A DNA stretch of 64,000 nt from Hydrolagus colliei (Eukaryota), in NCBI GenBank assembly GCA_035084275.1, contig CM068757.1:6758001-6822000 (forward strand), read 5' to 3'. The position numbers and the translations under genes were made by a program. This document shows positions 12,343 through 25,864 of this stretch, one piece after another. Positions within the stretch are counted from its first letter, which is position 1. Every line of letters starts with the position of its first letter. Below the pieces are notes generated by a model. The model was not told the DNA's origin. It ran no database searches and worked only from the letters and a program-made list of their open reading frames with translations.

Positions 12343-15300
12343 GGCAGATTAATGTAAGAACCAAACAGGATATTTGGCAAAATTTTCCTATAGAATACCA
12401 TTATAGTTTGGCACCCAGCATGGTAGTTTGATTGTAAAGAAAAGTTAATTAGTTTGGCACATTGCTGATGAATGGTTGGAAAAGAAAGGGAGTGAGCACA
12501 AGTCAATGAGTATGTTTGAAATGGTGATAAGGCTGATACTGGGTGAAAGACAGGATGGAATTACTTCCACATCTTTATTCCAAAAATTTACATTATAAAG
12601 AACCACTCAAATTAAACAAGTAATGATTTCCTTCTCATTTTTAAATGTAAAAACACATTGAATTACAGTATTGCTTTTTTTAAAAATCTAATCTTCATTT
12701 ACGTGTATTTCTGTTTGGCTATTTCCCCCAAATATTATTAAACCTCATATTAAAAGCATTTTTCTTACTGGAATTTTCAATGTATTACCCTTGACTTCAA
12801 ACTAAAGCAATTACAGTACTGAGGTTTTGATTGGTTCAACTGAATTTCTGTGGTCAAAATGAAAATTGGCAAATGCTTTTAATATGGGGTTGGGGTGGGG
12901 TGCGGTGGGGAAGGGGGGATGGGTGGAGGGGGAGGGATAGGACAAGATGAGTCAAACAAAGAACATCATTAACATCATCTCTAGAAATGTCTGTGGCCCC
13001 AACCATCTGTCATCGTGACCCAGGGGATATTACTGATTCCAGAGGGAGAGAAGGCAGAGAATAAATGATGAAAAGAAATTGTGAAAAAGATTTTTCTTAA
13101 TCAGTTACTTGAATGAACAAGAATATGAATAAGCTGGGTACCATCACAATATGTTTGTGTTGGAAATTAATGATAAATTGTTCACAGTTTTTGTGCTTGT
13201 TGCAACTGTTGCACAGATACGTTAATTGAATCATTATGCTGTTGCTTCCATAATTGACAATTTCACTGGCCATTTGATGTTTCACAGTTGAGAAAGCCCC
13301 AAACAATAATTAACATTAAGTACTAAACATGGTTTTTATGACATCCCTCAAGGACTCCCATCAGAAACCACAAGAAAAGAAATTTCACCTGGGACTAGAT
13401 TTACTCTATCAACGCAACGTTTTAAGAGCATGCGGAATTTGGCAAATCCTTCAATGGAACCTTAATTTCCAAGACAGTTTTCTGCTATTTCTGTTCAAGA
13501 ACTTAAGGGAAAATCAACTTCAAAGTTGAGACCAATTTCAGCAATTTGCCGAACTGTAGGTGCCGCGTTTCAAGAAATGAAAATGCCGACTTTCTGCACA
13601 CTGTGCCCCGTCGACTGGCCTCAATATAAATTGTCCATCACAGGGAACTGCTATGGGGCAGGTTCAGCAGCATTTGAACTGCCACAAAACATATCCCAGG
13701 ACGTCAATCATGATTTGATGGCGCGAAGGTGAACTCAGGAGAGGAAATTGCATCACAATGAAAAGATGTGCTGAAAGCCCTTATCCCTGGCGAGATATGT
13801 TCCACCTGCAATAAGCTGAATGGCATCGCCGTAGTCTGCATCCTGAAATGATCTCTGGACATCAAGCCTTTCAAACCAAGCTTCTCTATATGCTGCAGAA
13901 CTCTCAAAACTGCTCAGAATCGATTGAAAATGAAACCGCTCTTCCCAGAATTAAATCTCCATGTGAAGACGATAACATATTTAAATGGATTTCCATTATT
14001 ACTATGCCTACAGTCACGAGTCACCCGTCATCCCCCCCCAACCCAAACCCCACCCCACACCACCCCCTCCCCCCCCACCCCCCGCCTGCTGCCGCCACCC
14101 CCCCTATTTGCGTCGTACTCCACCACTGTCAAGCGCTCTGGGACACTACCCTGCGTGAGGAGAGCTATATAAATACAAGTTGTTGTTGTGCGTCAATGCG
14201 CCCACAAATATACAGTCAATTAACTTTACAGTATATTCTGTGAAGCGCTTTGAGACGTCGATAAGATATGAAAAGCGCTATATTGAATGCAAGGATTATT
14301 ATTATTATACGGCTCCCAACCAAAATGCACAGCTGTGCGCAGCATCCTATTCAAGCACGGCGCTCTTTTTGAGCGAGGCCAATCGAATGTGCACTGCGTA
14401 ATACAAATTAGTGAACTCCCTTATGCCACAGATATGCAATTATTTGGGACAATAACTACTAGCCTTCAATGGCAGGAAGGATGCACAGATCCTTTTGAAG
14501 AATGGATTCTCAGTCACAAGGAATCCACAACAAAAAGAATATTGAAAGAATGCCAGCATTACTGAAACTCCACAGAGATCTGCACATCTGTTTCTTTTCA
14601 AAGGGAGGGCAGTATAATCGGACTTTGAACCCGTTGCACATAAAGTCTTATTATATTTATATTACTTTGCAGTAAAAATGGAAGGGAATGGGCTTTTTCC
14701 CCAGTGCATCCTATTTAATTATTGCACACACGTGCCGCAAGTCCTCTGTATGATTATACATGAGGCAGCTGCAAACAGACACAATTCCAGGATTTTCTGA
14801 CTAAACAGAGAATTGGGTCAATGGCCCAGCAGTACTTGCTGTAACTCCTGCCTCCTAACTGGATGATCAAAGCTTTGAGAGCTGTGGCAACCTGTCAGGC
14901 TTGCCTTCCATTGTTCTTGCAGCAAAATTGAATGAATTATCTTCTCAGCCAGGCTTATAGATGATGCATCACTTGGGGAGTGGGGGAAGGGAGTTGGGGG
15001 GGATGGGGGAGGGGTGGGGGGGGGGGGTGGATGGAAGTCTGAGGGAGCACACAATGTAGTTTGCTCAACACAAAATTGCACTGTGTTCCTATTCCCATTC
15101 TTACCTGAAAGCATTGTTAGCACCCTGCAGTATTTTGTTTCCATTGGGCAATACAGAGGCTGTACTTAAAATGATAAAACTATTTAATAATACCCAGAGT
15201 TCCTGGAAGTACCAAAGGTATCAATGATGGGATGACTTTATTTTCTGGTTTCTATTGATTATCATTTGAAATGGTTGTTTCATCCCCTGTTTTTAGTATC

Positions 15301-18300
15301 TTTTCACAGACTCGGATAATACTGCTCTGTGTCTGACACTTATTTCTGAGTGGAACTTCTGTATAATATTTGACTTAAATCTCTGGACAAGAGCAATAGC
15401 TCTGCTCATCTCCTTCCCACGCCTGTACCTTTACCGTGTCTCAAGAATGAATATAATGTATGAAAGGAACATGTCTCTGTAGCCTTATCTCATTCTGTGC
15501 TTCCAAAGCTGTTTAGTTGTGTTCTTACAATCTTTGTGTGCAGTAACACAAGCTGGAATCCGATTCCCAATGCAACAGATACTGATAATGCTCTTCCCCA
15601 GAGAAAACATTTCAGGGGAAAACACAACGCCCTGCCAAAGGCAATGGTCCCCTCAGTAAATGATTCAATTCGGCTCAAATAGAAAAAAAACTGTCTGCCA
15701 CCCCCACACCACCCCCCATCCCTCCACCTTAACCTTAACTTTAGGAATGACCACATCTCATGGCTAAAGTTGCTTAATGTGCCACAGATTCACAGCGACA
15801 CAGCTGAGAACTACAGTGAAGGTCGAAGAGATCACTGTAAACTGTGCACCATATCATATCACCCTCCCCAGTTAGAGTCAGCCTTATCTTATCTCAACAG
15901 AATAAAATTACGTCAAAGAATAATTGTGCAGCAGTAGAATTTCTTATTCGCTGTAAATTTTGTAACAGAGGCATTATATTTTACTGTGATTTACTGTAGC
16001 CCAGACAAAATTTAAGCCTGGATTGTCTAGAGTAAGTGTATAATGTAATTTTGTGTTGTATAATTCCATCAATGCATAATATCTACAATTATTGTGTTGA
16101 GAAGCATTACAGGTTGTACGATAGTTTTTGGGATTGTAAGGTTTTTGATGGGTAGCTACAATGAAGCACTTTCATAGTACTGTAGATTTTTTTCTTTTGT
16201 GTATTCTATTAACTGAATCAAACCACTGGATGCCACAATAACAGTTCAGTATATATCAACGCAATTTCAATACAGCAAACACTGTGTATCATGTAATAAT
16301 AATAATAATCCTTGCATTTGAAATAGCGCTTTTCACGTCTTCGAGACGTCTCTCAGCGCATGTTCAGCTCTCGTTTCCATCTTTTTTATTCCTGTCTTTC
16401 CAGTGGTGGGCAAAAAAGGCACGAGATAATCCGTGCGCTAACATGAATCACACTCCTCAACATTTTTGGAACTCCCAGCACCTGGTTTGAGTGCACATCA
16501 ATCACATACACAACTTTACTCAAGTGTTTTTGTGAGATATATATTACTGTATGCACAAGTGACTCATGCAGGTTTTGTTAACAACGTTAGGAAAAGAGAT
16601 TAATTGGGTAAATAATGGCACAGGAACAGTACCTGCGCTAATACGAGTCAGGTTGCAGCCTGTATACAATCCACTAAAGAATGAAGGAAAACAATAAACC
16701 TGCAGTGAAGCCCAGAATCAGGAAAAGTAATCAGTAACTGTCCAGCGCCTTGGGACGTCCTCCTGACGTGAAAGGCGCTATACAAACGTCATTTTGTTGT
16801 TGTTGAGGATAGGTCACATAGCAAAGCAAACTTGTTCCTCACCACACACCGTGCCCGATTAATCCATTCATACTCTCCACCCAGTTCATTTTATTTCTGG
16901 AGAATTTCTCCCGATTTCCCCACCACTCCTTCACCTCCATGATCATCAAGCAAAACTCCACATTATTTTTATTCCCCACCCAATTTCCTCTCCTCAACTT
17001 TCCCAATCTGAAGGCCGTGACTCATGTCGGCCTACATTCCTGATAAAATTAGTCATTCACTTCATGGCTGTTTGAGGGACTTTGCTGTATGCAAGATGGA
17101 TGCCACATTTGCATTTTTTTGACTACACTTTACGGTAAATCCTGTTTTACAGCGATCTGCACATAACTAAGAAATTTGGAAATGTTACTAAACACTCCCT
17201 TTATTTCAAATGGATTTTCATTGATCTCTGGCAATTTGTCTCTGCAGTTTTTAAATCGTGGAGCTCTGGGTCTAAACCCACTCACATAGCCTTGTGTAGC
17301 CAGGTTATTTATTTGTATGATGTCTCTCATGATTTATTCATTTAGAGACTTTTTTGATCTACAGTTTGAAATGCATGGATTATCATGACTCTCTGTGTAT
17401 CCTGTGTTTGATTTGTTTGTTGCACCTTGATACAGCAGACACTTGCGCTTTTGAGAACTGGACGGAGACAGTCTTGAACTTTGGAATAGTGGAGGTCCCT
17501 CGGCCAGTTTTACGAGTTAATGAATCAGAGTTGAATGAAACCAGGAAATGCTTGGCAGGTTGATAAGCATCCAGATAGGTCAATGATCGGGGTGCGGCCC
17601 AAAAAAAGTCGGCTGAAGAGACACACCCAAAATATAAACCAGTGTTAGTCATTCTCACCAAGGGTACTTCTCCCACGTTCTTCTTTTTTTTACCAATTCA
17701 GGTTTGAAGCACTTTTATCCCATTGCTCATTTAAACATGTCAAAGCATGCGAGGCATTCAGAAAAAAGGGATATTTTCTCGGTTTCTCTGCTAATTAAAG
17801 GAGCAACAAACAAGGTACTTTGAAATGTGAGTGATGGTTCCAATCCGTCAGCCTACAGCTGAGCCTACAAAGCCTACGAAAGCTCAATGGAACCTCATTC
17901 CTTTAAAGGGCAAAGAGGAAGTTGAAATGTCTAGCGTTTGCTGAATTTTGCTGAACGTAATATCCTTTTGTTTTTATTCTTTTCAAATGTCAGATTTTTT
18001 TAAAAACTGAGATTTTTGATTTTTTTTTAAAAACTGAGTGCTCATGTTGTTGGTAACTGACAGGTGGTAATAAGGAAAATGATTAGAGGTCTGAATCATC
18101 ATTCATATTAGAATAGTCATAAACCTGGGTATGATTCAGAATCACTGTGTGCGCCAATTCATTAACACATAAAATGAGCCAAGTAACCTTTACACATCTC
18201 TTCCCCCAATGATCTCACAAGCAATTTTTAACATCAGTATTTTTGGATCGTTCCATTAAAAATTAGCCATTCAAAGAGGGACAGCTGAGTGATGGGATTT

Positions 18301-19001
18301 CATTTTCCACGGAGTGGAAAAAATAATGAGACACTGATCTATGTAAGGAGCTGATCTGTATTGTGCTGGGGATATATGAGTAGGATTTTTTTAAAATGAC
18401 TTGTTTTTACCTATTGTGCGGAAAGATACTGTTTAATATTGAAAAGAATGCTATGTGAAATATTCCTTAGTACTGTACATGTGGTAATGAGATTGTTGAT
18501 CACAAAATAAAATTGTCAGGGAAAGAGTCAGAGAAATAATAATAGCCCTTGCATTTGACATAGTGCGTTTGAAGTCATGAAGGCGTCTCAAAGCGTTTCA
18601 CGGGATTCACTGTGCAGTGGAGTGACTGTGTATTTGTTGGCAAACAAGGCAGCTAATTGGAGGATGCCTGGTTTCCCTGGAGAGACCAGGCATTCTCTGG
18701 AGACATGGTTTTGTGTTGCCTCATCCGATAACTTTTTCTACAAGTGACCTTCCTACTCTTATCTGCAAATCAATTGGAACTGTTGTACAGTATGTAAAAG
18801 GTCACTAGAGGGTGCTCTAAGCACAGGAGAAAAAATCACAGACCTACCATACTGTAAGGTATACAGTATTCAGTGACACTGATATAACACAATATACAGC
18901 AGTAACAAAAAAGACTGTTCGGGAATATAAATTATTGTACATTGTGCTGGGGATAGTCAATTGGGAACACATTTTCTATTCAATACACATAATTTAATTA
19001 T

Positions 19002-19091
19002 ACAAAAACGGAAATCGCTGGGAATGCTCAGCATCTATGGAGAAAGGAAAAATTAGTCAATGTTTTGGGTCCACGAGCCTTCATCAGAACA
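19002..19091 (-). mobile_element. Second copy of the Penelope-like/hammerhead relic
   Basis: Minus strand reads GTT-CTGATGA-AGGCTCGTGGACCC-AAAAC-ATT-GACT..TTCCTTTCTCCATAGATGCTGAGCATTCCCAGCGATTTC. Confidence 0.6.
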
Positions 19092-20279
19092 TTTGTCCTG
19101 AAATTGGATGTTGATTAAATTGGTTGGGGAACTTGTGTCTCTACATTGGTCAGTCTTTGTGTTCTATAAATTAAGGTTGTACTGTCCTATCTTGGCTTTT
19201 GGTTTTTCACCAGAATAGCACAGAAAAAAGAGCTTTCGTTTCGGCTGTTGTTCACTCAAGTTCAAAACAGACTTTTGCCTGAGTTGGAAATATTTTACAA
19301 TACAGTCCATTAACTATAATAACAATAATAATCCTTGCTTTATATTGCGCGTTCCACGTCTTCTGGATGTCTCAAAACGCTTCACAGAATATACTATAAA
19401 GTAAATTGACTGTATATTCGTGGACGAAATGCGGCAGCCTATTGCACACAGCAGTGTCCCACAAGCAGTCTTGGAATGAAATGACCAATCTTCAATCTGC
19501 TAACTAAGTGAACTACCACTAATTCTAATAACACTGTGTTTCCGTTAAAATTCTTATCAATGTATGTGAGACATCGATAAGATGTGAAAAGCACTATATC
19601 AAATGCAAGGATTATTATATTATTATCATTTGAAATGGAGCTCATATGGATCATCAAAGGAGGGTACTATCCCTTTAATGTGGTGCAAGATTGAGGCCCC
19701 AACAATAGATTGGTATGGGTGCTTTGAACACAAACTTACACCATAAATGGGAATCTCACAGTTGCTAGAGAAAGATTAAAGTCCCGATACCTCATCTGAT
19801 TACTGAGTCTAGTCTTTACCAGCTCACTATAAACTCTTCTCCCATGATATTGGTTATCATTTTAAAGGCATTCCTGGCTCTTATTTTAAAATTGCTTAAG
19901 TGCACATATTAAATCTGATTGTACCTCACATTATTTGATCTACATTGCTTTTTTTCATTCTTTGAAGTTGCATCCATTCTGCCCCTGCCTTCCTCCTCCA
20001 GTCAGGCAACTCAAGGTATAAATCATGATCACCTCATAAGAACAGACAAGAAAAAAAGAGATGAAGAAAGCCCTTCGGCTCATTTCGTCTCATCCTTCAA
20101 GAATATCCTCCCATCTTCCCATTACAGCCTCAAACTGCGGAACTTTGCTTACAAATTACACAGTCACTACACTTTACAGTAAATCCTGTGAAGTGTTTCA
20201 AAACGTCCTCCTAGCACGAAAGGCACTATATCAAATGCAAGGATTTATTATTGTTTACAAGCTGTTTCGTAAAAATATC

Positions 20280-20520
20280 CAGTGTTAAGACATCAACCAT
20301 ATTTCTTGGTAACCTGTTCCAGCTGTTCGTTGCACTCCACAGAAAGAAGTGCTTTCTGATATCTGTCTTCAAATTGTCCTTCACAGACCTCAGTCGGTTC
20401 CCTCCAGGCTTGCTGTCTTGGCAAAGCTGGAAGGAGTATTCTGGATTTATTTTATCAATCTCAATTAGCATTTTGCAAACCTTTAGAAGGACCCCTTTTT
20501 TTCGAGGCCTGAACACCCCG
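20280..20520 (-). mobile_element. CR1-clade LINE ORF2 C-terminal fragment
   Basis: VCKMLIEIDKINPEYSFQL..GNRLRSVKDNLKTDIRKHFF..NSWNRLPRNMVD, typical of the CR1 ORF2 end. Confidence 0.85.
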
Positions 20521-21213
20521 ACATACAGTATTGCAGCTGCTATATATTGTTCCGATAGAGTAACAAATCCCATTGCATTCTACCAGGGCAGAGTTGCGTA
20601 ATCGCTTCACCTTCAGGACTACAATATGTGCATCTTAGTATGCAGAGCGTTTAAACACACATATTTTATTCAAAAGATGGATTCAAGAGAGAAGTGTGTG
20701 TATTGACAACATGGCAGAGATCATGAGCTTGATGTGAAGAAAAATCTCTTTGCTTCTTTCTCTCTCCCTCCCGGAGTCTTAGTGCCAGTGTTTCCACAGC
20801 TTGGTGTTGCAGATTCTGCTAGCATTTCCATGCATTATGCAATACTGCACTTGGGGGCACTGCATAGTATATGGAAACAAGCCAAACACATAATTTTCAC
20901 CCAAGCAATGCACGCTGTGTCGCTCTGTGTACCTGTACTAAAGGAGAACTCTGCCTATCTTAAAGGGCCATTAGCTTCATTAAAAAAAAAGTAGGACCAA
21001 TCTTCTTTCTATTAAACTACAAAACCATAAATTGGAATGGAACATCAAGTAACTTACAAGTGATTTCATTGGTGTGAGAATGGTGCATTGTTCTTCCCAG
21101 TTTCTCAAGGCAAGAGAATTGATGTGTCTACTGAAGGAGAGAAGATGAATGTAAAATAGGGGGTAAACTGATTAAAAATTGCATTTAAATACTGTATTAT
21201 GCCAATAAACATC

Positions 21214-21693
21214 CACACAGCAGTGTCCCACAAACAGTCATGAATTGAGGGACCACATTTTTTTTGTGTGTGATTACGACTTCTGGGAAAGTGATCCACC
21301 AATCTACAAACAATCAGGTTTATAGTTACTGGTGGGTAAACAGAGGTGTGTGGAGTAAGGAAACCTGTCTAAGATTTAGCCCCACCCAGGAATCAAATCG
21401 GGGTCCTCATGCTTGAGAGGCACTCACCTTACAAGCGTGAGACCTGTGTTCAAATCAAGGCAGGTCAGGGCAAAACCTTGGGCAAGTTTCCTTACTCCAC
21501 ACGCCTAATAATAAACCGGCCCTAAAATAATAAAATTGGTCATTTCAATCCACGACTGTTTGTGGGACACTGCTGTGCGCAATTGGCTGCCGTATTTCGC
21601 CCACAAATATACAGTCAATTCACTTTACAGTATATTCTGTGAAGCGCTCTGAGACGTCGATAAATAAAGCACTATATCAAATGCAAGGATTAT
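21214..21693. mobile_element. Two SINE copies head to head (minus ~21214-21415; plus ~21420-21693)
   Basis: Family body in both orientations, meeting within the tRNA-like heads. Confidence 0.8.
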
Positions 21694-22713
21694 GAATATT
21701 ATATTCTTGTTACACTATGGGCCTCCACACCTAAGGAGCAAGAAAAAAGTTTGGAAGAAAATGAACTGAATTAAAACTTCAGCTTTGTTTAGTTATTCAC
21801 TGGCAAATATCCAAGATGAATGAACGATTCATATCCTAAGTCCGTGCTAACGCATAAGAGGGGTCATGCTGACTTTATTTAATAATCAGGGCCTTTATTC
21901 AAGCCTCAATTGCTCTTATGTGGCACAGCTATAATGGCTGTAAAATACGATCCATACTGATGGTGGGCGGAGGGGATTTGCCAAGAGACACTATGGCCTG
22001 GATGCTACCGCATCAATTTTCAGAAACAATTAAAAAAACTGGAGCTCAGCCACTCATCCTGGTAAAAACATAGCATTGTTATTTCCAGACTTCCTCCACT
22101 GTGTACAGTATTTGCATACTGCCTGATCACCTGCAAAGTGGAGTCAAATAACCTGAACGCTCAGTTTTTAAGTGTAAAACCAACTGCCAAACCTTTTGTT
22201 TGTAAGAAGCAAAACATTATGAACTTGTGCTTATTTAGGATAGAAGCACATTCGTGGGTCGAGGAAGGAAAAGGTAAAGTTTAAATATTAACCATGGCTA
22301 GGTGAAAGCTGCCTTACTCATCCTCTTTGTGTCCACCTGCTCTCGACTGAAAATATCAGGCAAAGTTTGCAATTTTCTTTCATCGTGTAAACGTTTACAG
22401 GTAAAGTGGACATGTGTTTTATATTCCCAAGCATATGTTTAGATTGTAAATAATTTTATTGCTTGTATATCAAGACAAACTAATCTTTGAAAGAGCTGCT
22501 GCAAACAAGACCGCATCAAATAATTATGTGTTGCTCTTGGCTTTCTTTTTCACAACATGTAAACCACAGCATTTTGCTGTTTGAAATAAGGCGTGGAAGG
22601 CAATTCAACTATTTTTTCTTGAAATAATTCATTGAGGCAAATTGCTGATCTGCCCTTTATACGCTTATAGCATATTATAATTAAACCCCTTAGCAAAGCT
22701 TGTGTATATCCCT

Positions 22714-22998
22714 GTGGAGTCCTGTAGCTCTGTGGTTGGAGCACTCGCCTTGCAAGCGAGAGATCTGGATTCGATTCCTGGCCAGGATGAAATCCTTGAG
22801 CAAGTTTCCTTATTCTGATAATAATCCCTCAACGAAAAAACAACAAAAAACTGATCACTTCAATCCATAACTGTTTGTGGGACACTGCTGTGTTTTGCCC
22901 ACCAATATACAATCAATCCACTTTACATGACATTCTGTGAGTGCTTTGAGACATCTAGAAGAAGTGAAAACCGCTATAGGCAAATGCAAGGATTATTA
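22714..22998 (+). mobile_element. Full-length tRNA-derived SINE (DeuSINE/L2-type tail)
   Basis: Head GTGGAGTCCTGTAGCTC..GAGCACTCGCCTTGCAAGCGAG..TTCGATTCC (A/B boxes), body CTGTTTGTGGGACACTGCTGTG, tail AAATGCAAGGATTATT; many homologous copies in the window. Confidence 0.9.
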
Positions 22999-23440
22999 CT
23001 GTTTTGTCCAATCACTACTTTGATCTGATGCTGCAGATATCTTGTCATATCAATCCTGGTATCTGCAATTTGAGGAGCCAATGTACTGCTGTACTTAAAT
23101 GATTGTAATGTCATCGCAATGGGGTTCAATGCTGGATTTTGCCATAAACAGTTGTTGAATGTGTATCAGTCACTAGCACAATAGGCTTTTTCTGAATTTC
23201 TCGGGTGTTTGAAGGGAATAAATGGGAACCACATTGCATGTGTTTCCACAGTACCTTTAATGTGTAATGTAGCTCCATTCTGGGAATCACCACAAATTCT
23301 ATTGAATATACTGTGTATATTGCATCATTGTGTTAGATACGCCATTTTGAAACGTGGATTGTGGTTTCTCTGCCAAATAGGATGTCAATATCAGCTGTGT
23401 GCAGAATATACCAAACTTCTGGTGCCTGTTCTCCATGTGT

Positions 23441-23795
23441 AATAATAATAATGATCCTTGCATTTGATATAGTGCTTTTCATGTCTTCTAGATGTCTCAA
23501 AACGCTTCACAGAATATATTGTAAAGTGAATTGACTTTATATATGTGAGCAAAAGGCAGCAGCCTTATAGCATATTATAATTAATATTAATACAAGCAAC
23601 AAAAACAATTTGTGAGACACACAGCAGTGTCCCACAAACAGTTGTAGATTTAAATAAGCAATTTGTTTTTGAGAGATTATTATCAGGCGTGTAGAGTAAG
23701 GAAACTTGCCTAAGGTTTCACCCAACCTGGAATTAAACCCAGGTCTCTAGTTTGTAAGGCGAATGCTCTAACCACTGAGCTACTGAGGACTCCAC
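23441..23795 (-). mobile_element. Full-length SINE, same family, with a ~50-nt internal insertion
   Basis: Reverse-complement match to the family from the TTA tail to the GTGGAGTCC head. Confidence 0.9.
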
Positions 23796-24869
23796 TTATA
23801 ATAAAGACTACATTTTAAAGGCAAAATTTTAGTCAGTCTGTTAGATTTGGATTCTGATTTCAATGGAAACAAACCTTCAGGGAAAATAGTGCAAGACAGA
23901 ACCTTCAGTCTTTTCTGTTTCCCTCAATCGAGGTCTCAGTCAATAAACCAAGCCTTACAAATCCTACAAGCAACAAAAACAATTTCACTTGTGCAGCTCA
24001 TTTCGCACAGGAGAATGTCAAAGTATTTCCAAAAATGCAGTGGCAGCTGGAGCTGAGGATAGGGAGGAGGAGGAGGGCAAAGAGAGACGTTTTTCGATAG
24101 GTTTTGAAAGGAGAAGAGGAGGGAGCGAGGCAACGTGATTGCAGATGAGTTTTCCAGAGAATGGCGACAAATGCTGATAGCTCTCCTGCCTCCTTTTGAC
24201 TCTGCTCCACAGCACGGGACTGAGCCTGACATTTTGGGATCCATCAAAGATGGACTAAAAATAGCAATAGTTATACAGTAGTTATACAGTGCTTTTCACG
24301 GCAGGAGGATGTCTCAAAATGCTTCACAGGATTCACTGTAAAGTGTACTAGTCGTGGTGTATTTTGTAGGACATTGACAACATCCCATTAAAGGTTAAAC
24401 AATATTGAATATTCTTTCTAAAACATATTGTGTGCAGAAGGTAAACCAGAAAAACCTGCAAGAAATTTACGTTTACATAACAACCAGATCTTTGCCAAAC
24501 ACGACACAGCTTCAATAAAGAACAGAATCCTTTGTTACTCTTAAAATTATCATATCAACTCACTAATCTCGTTTTGGACTGTTGATTGTTTTCTGATATA
24601 TTCGAACAAGGAGCCTGTTTGTTGGCACACTGCTGAAGCGCCTGTTTGAAGAAAACAATCTTTGTTTTCTTCAAACATAGTGTTATTTTAAGTGATACAA
24701 TTGGGCATTCTTCACTTCATGGCTGTTTGTGGGACATTGCTGTGTCCAAATTGGTTGCTTCATTTGCCTGCAGAGCACACAGTCATTACACTTCAAAGTA
24801 AATCCTGTGAAGCATTTTGAGATCTTTACTCAAAGTGAAAAGCCCTACATCATATACAGCACAAGGATT

Positions 24870-25202
24870 AATAATCCTTGCATTTGATATAGCGCTTTTC
24901 ACGTCTTATCGACATCCCAAAGCGCTTCACAGAATATACTGTAAAGTGAATTGACTATATATTTGTGGGCGAATCATGGCAGCCAATTGCGCACAGCAGT
25001 GTCCCGCAAACAGTCGTCGATTGAAATGACCAATTTTAATTGTTGTGGTTTTTTTTGGAGGGATTATTATTAGGCGTGTGGAGTAAGGAAACTTGCCCAA
25101 GGTTTCACCCTGACCTGCCTGGATTCGAACACAGGTCTCCCCAGCTTGGTCTCCCCAACTTGCAAGACAAGTACTCTAACCACTGAGCCACAGGAGCTCC
25201 AC
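24870..25202 (-). mobile_element. Full-length SINE, same family
   Basis: Reverse-complement match; abuts an older plus-strand copy (~24706-24870) tail to tail. Confidence 0.9.
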
Positions 25203-25864
25203 TATTATTATAGAATTGGTGGGCGAATTTATGGGTGAACTTGTGGATTATTATAATACTGCATTACACAATCCTGAAGCAATTTCTATTTTTATTCAGT
25301 TATTAGACATGTGTTGATGTGAGAAAGCTGTAGGAGCACAATTATTTTTATATTTCACTGTTATTTGATAGATCTTTGTGTATAATTAATCATTGTTTAA
25401 ACATCCGTAGGCATGAAACTGCAGCTTTGTCCTGAGTTACACAAAGCGACAATAGTTGTGTAATGTCCCCTTTGTAGTTACTTACTGAAGTGTATGTGAA
25501 AGGACATTTAGTGAGAAGCATCAATTTCGGAAATCAGAAAGCTCAACTGTAAATTATTCTTTTTTGATTATTTTTAGTATTTTAAATAATTATGAATTAT
25601 TTAAAACACAATAATAAAATTGGTCGTTTCAATTCAACGACTGTTTGTGGCACACTGCTGTGCGCAAGTGGAAGCCGCGTTTCGCCCACAAATATACAGT
25701 CAATTCATTTTACAGTACATTCTGTGAAGCGCTTTGAGACACCTAGAACATGTGAAAAAGCACTATATCAAATGCAAGGATTATTATTATTATTATTATC
25801 ATTAACACCTCTTCTCTCCAGTTTTGTCGCAATCCCCCCCTCACCCACCTCAACTTTTGTTTTA

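Noticed and set aside
13700-13860. Possible C/D box snoRNA (ATGATT..CTGA)
   Set aside because: No proper C box or terminal stem, and no known host intron.
22714-22790. tRNA-Ala(TGC)/Val(TAC)-like genes (also at ~27490-27565, 38500-38575, 41155-41231)
   Set aside because: D and anticodon arms fold, but the T and acceptor stems are imperfect, the anticodon varies between copies, and each continues into SINE body. These are SINE heads.
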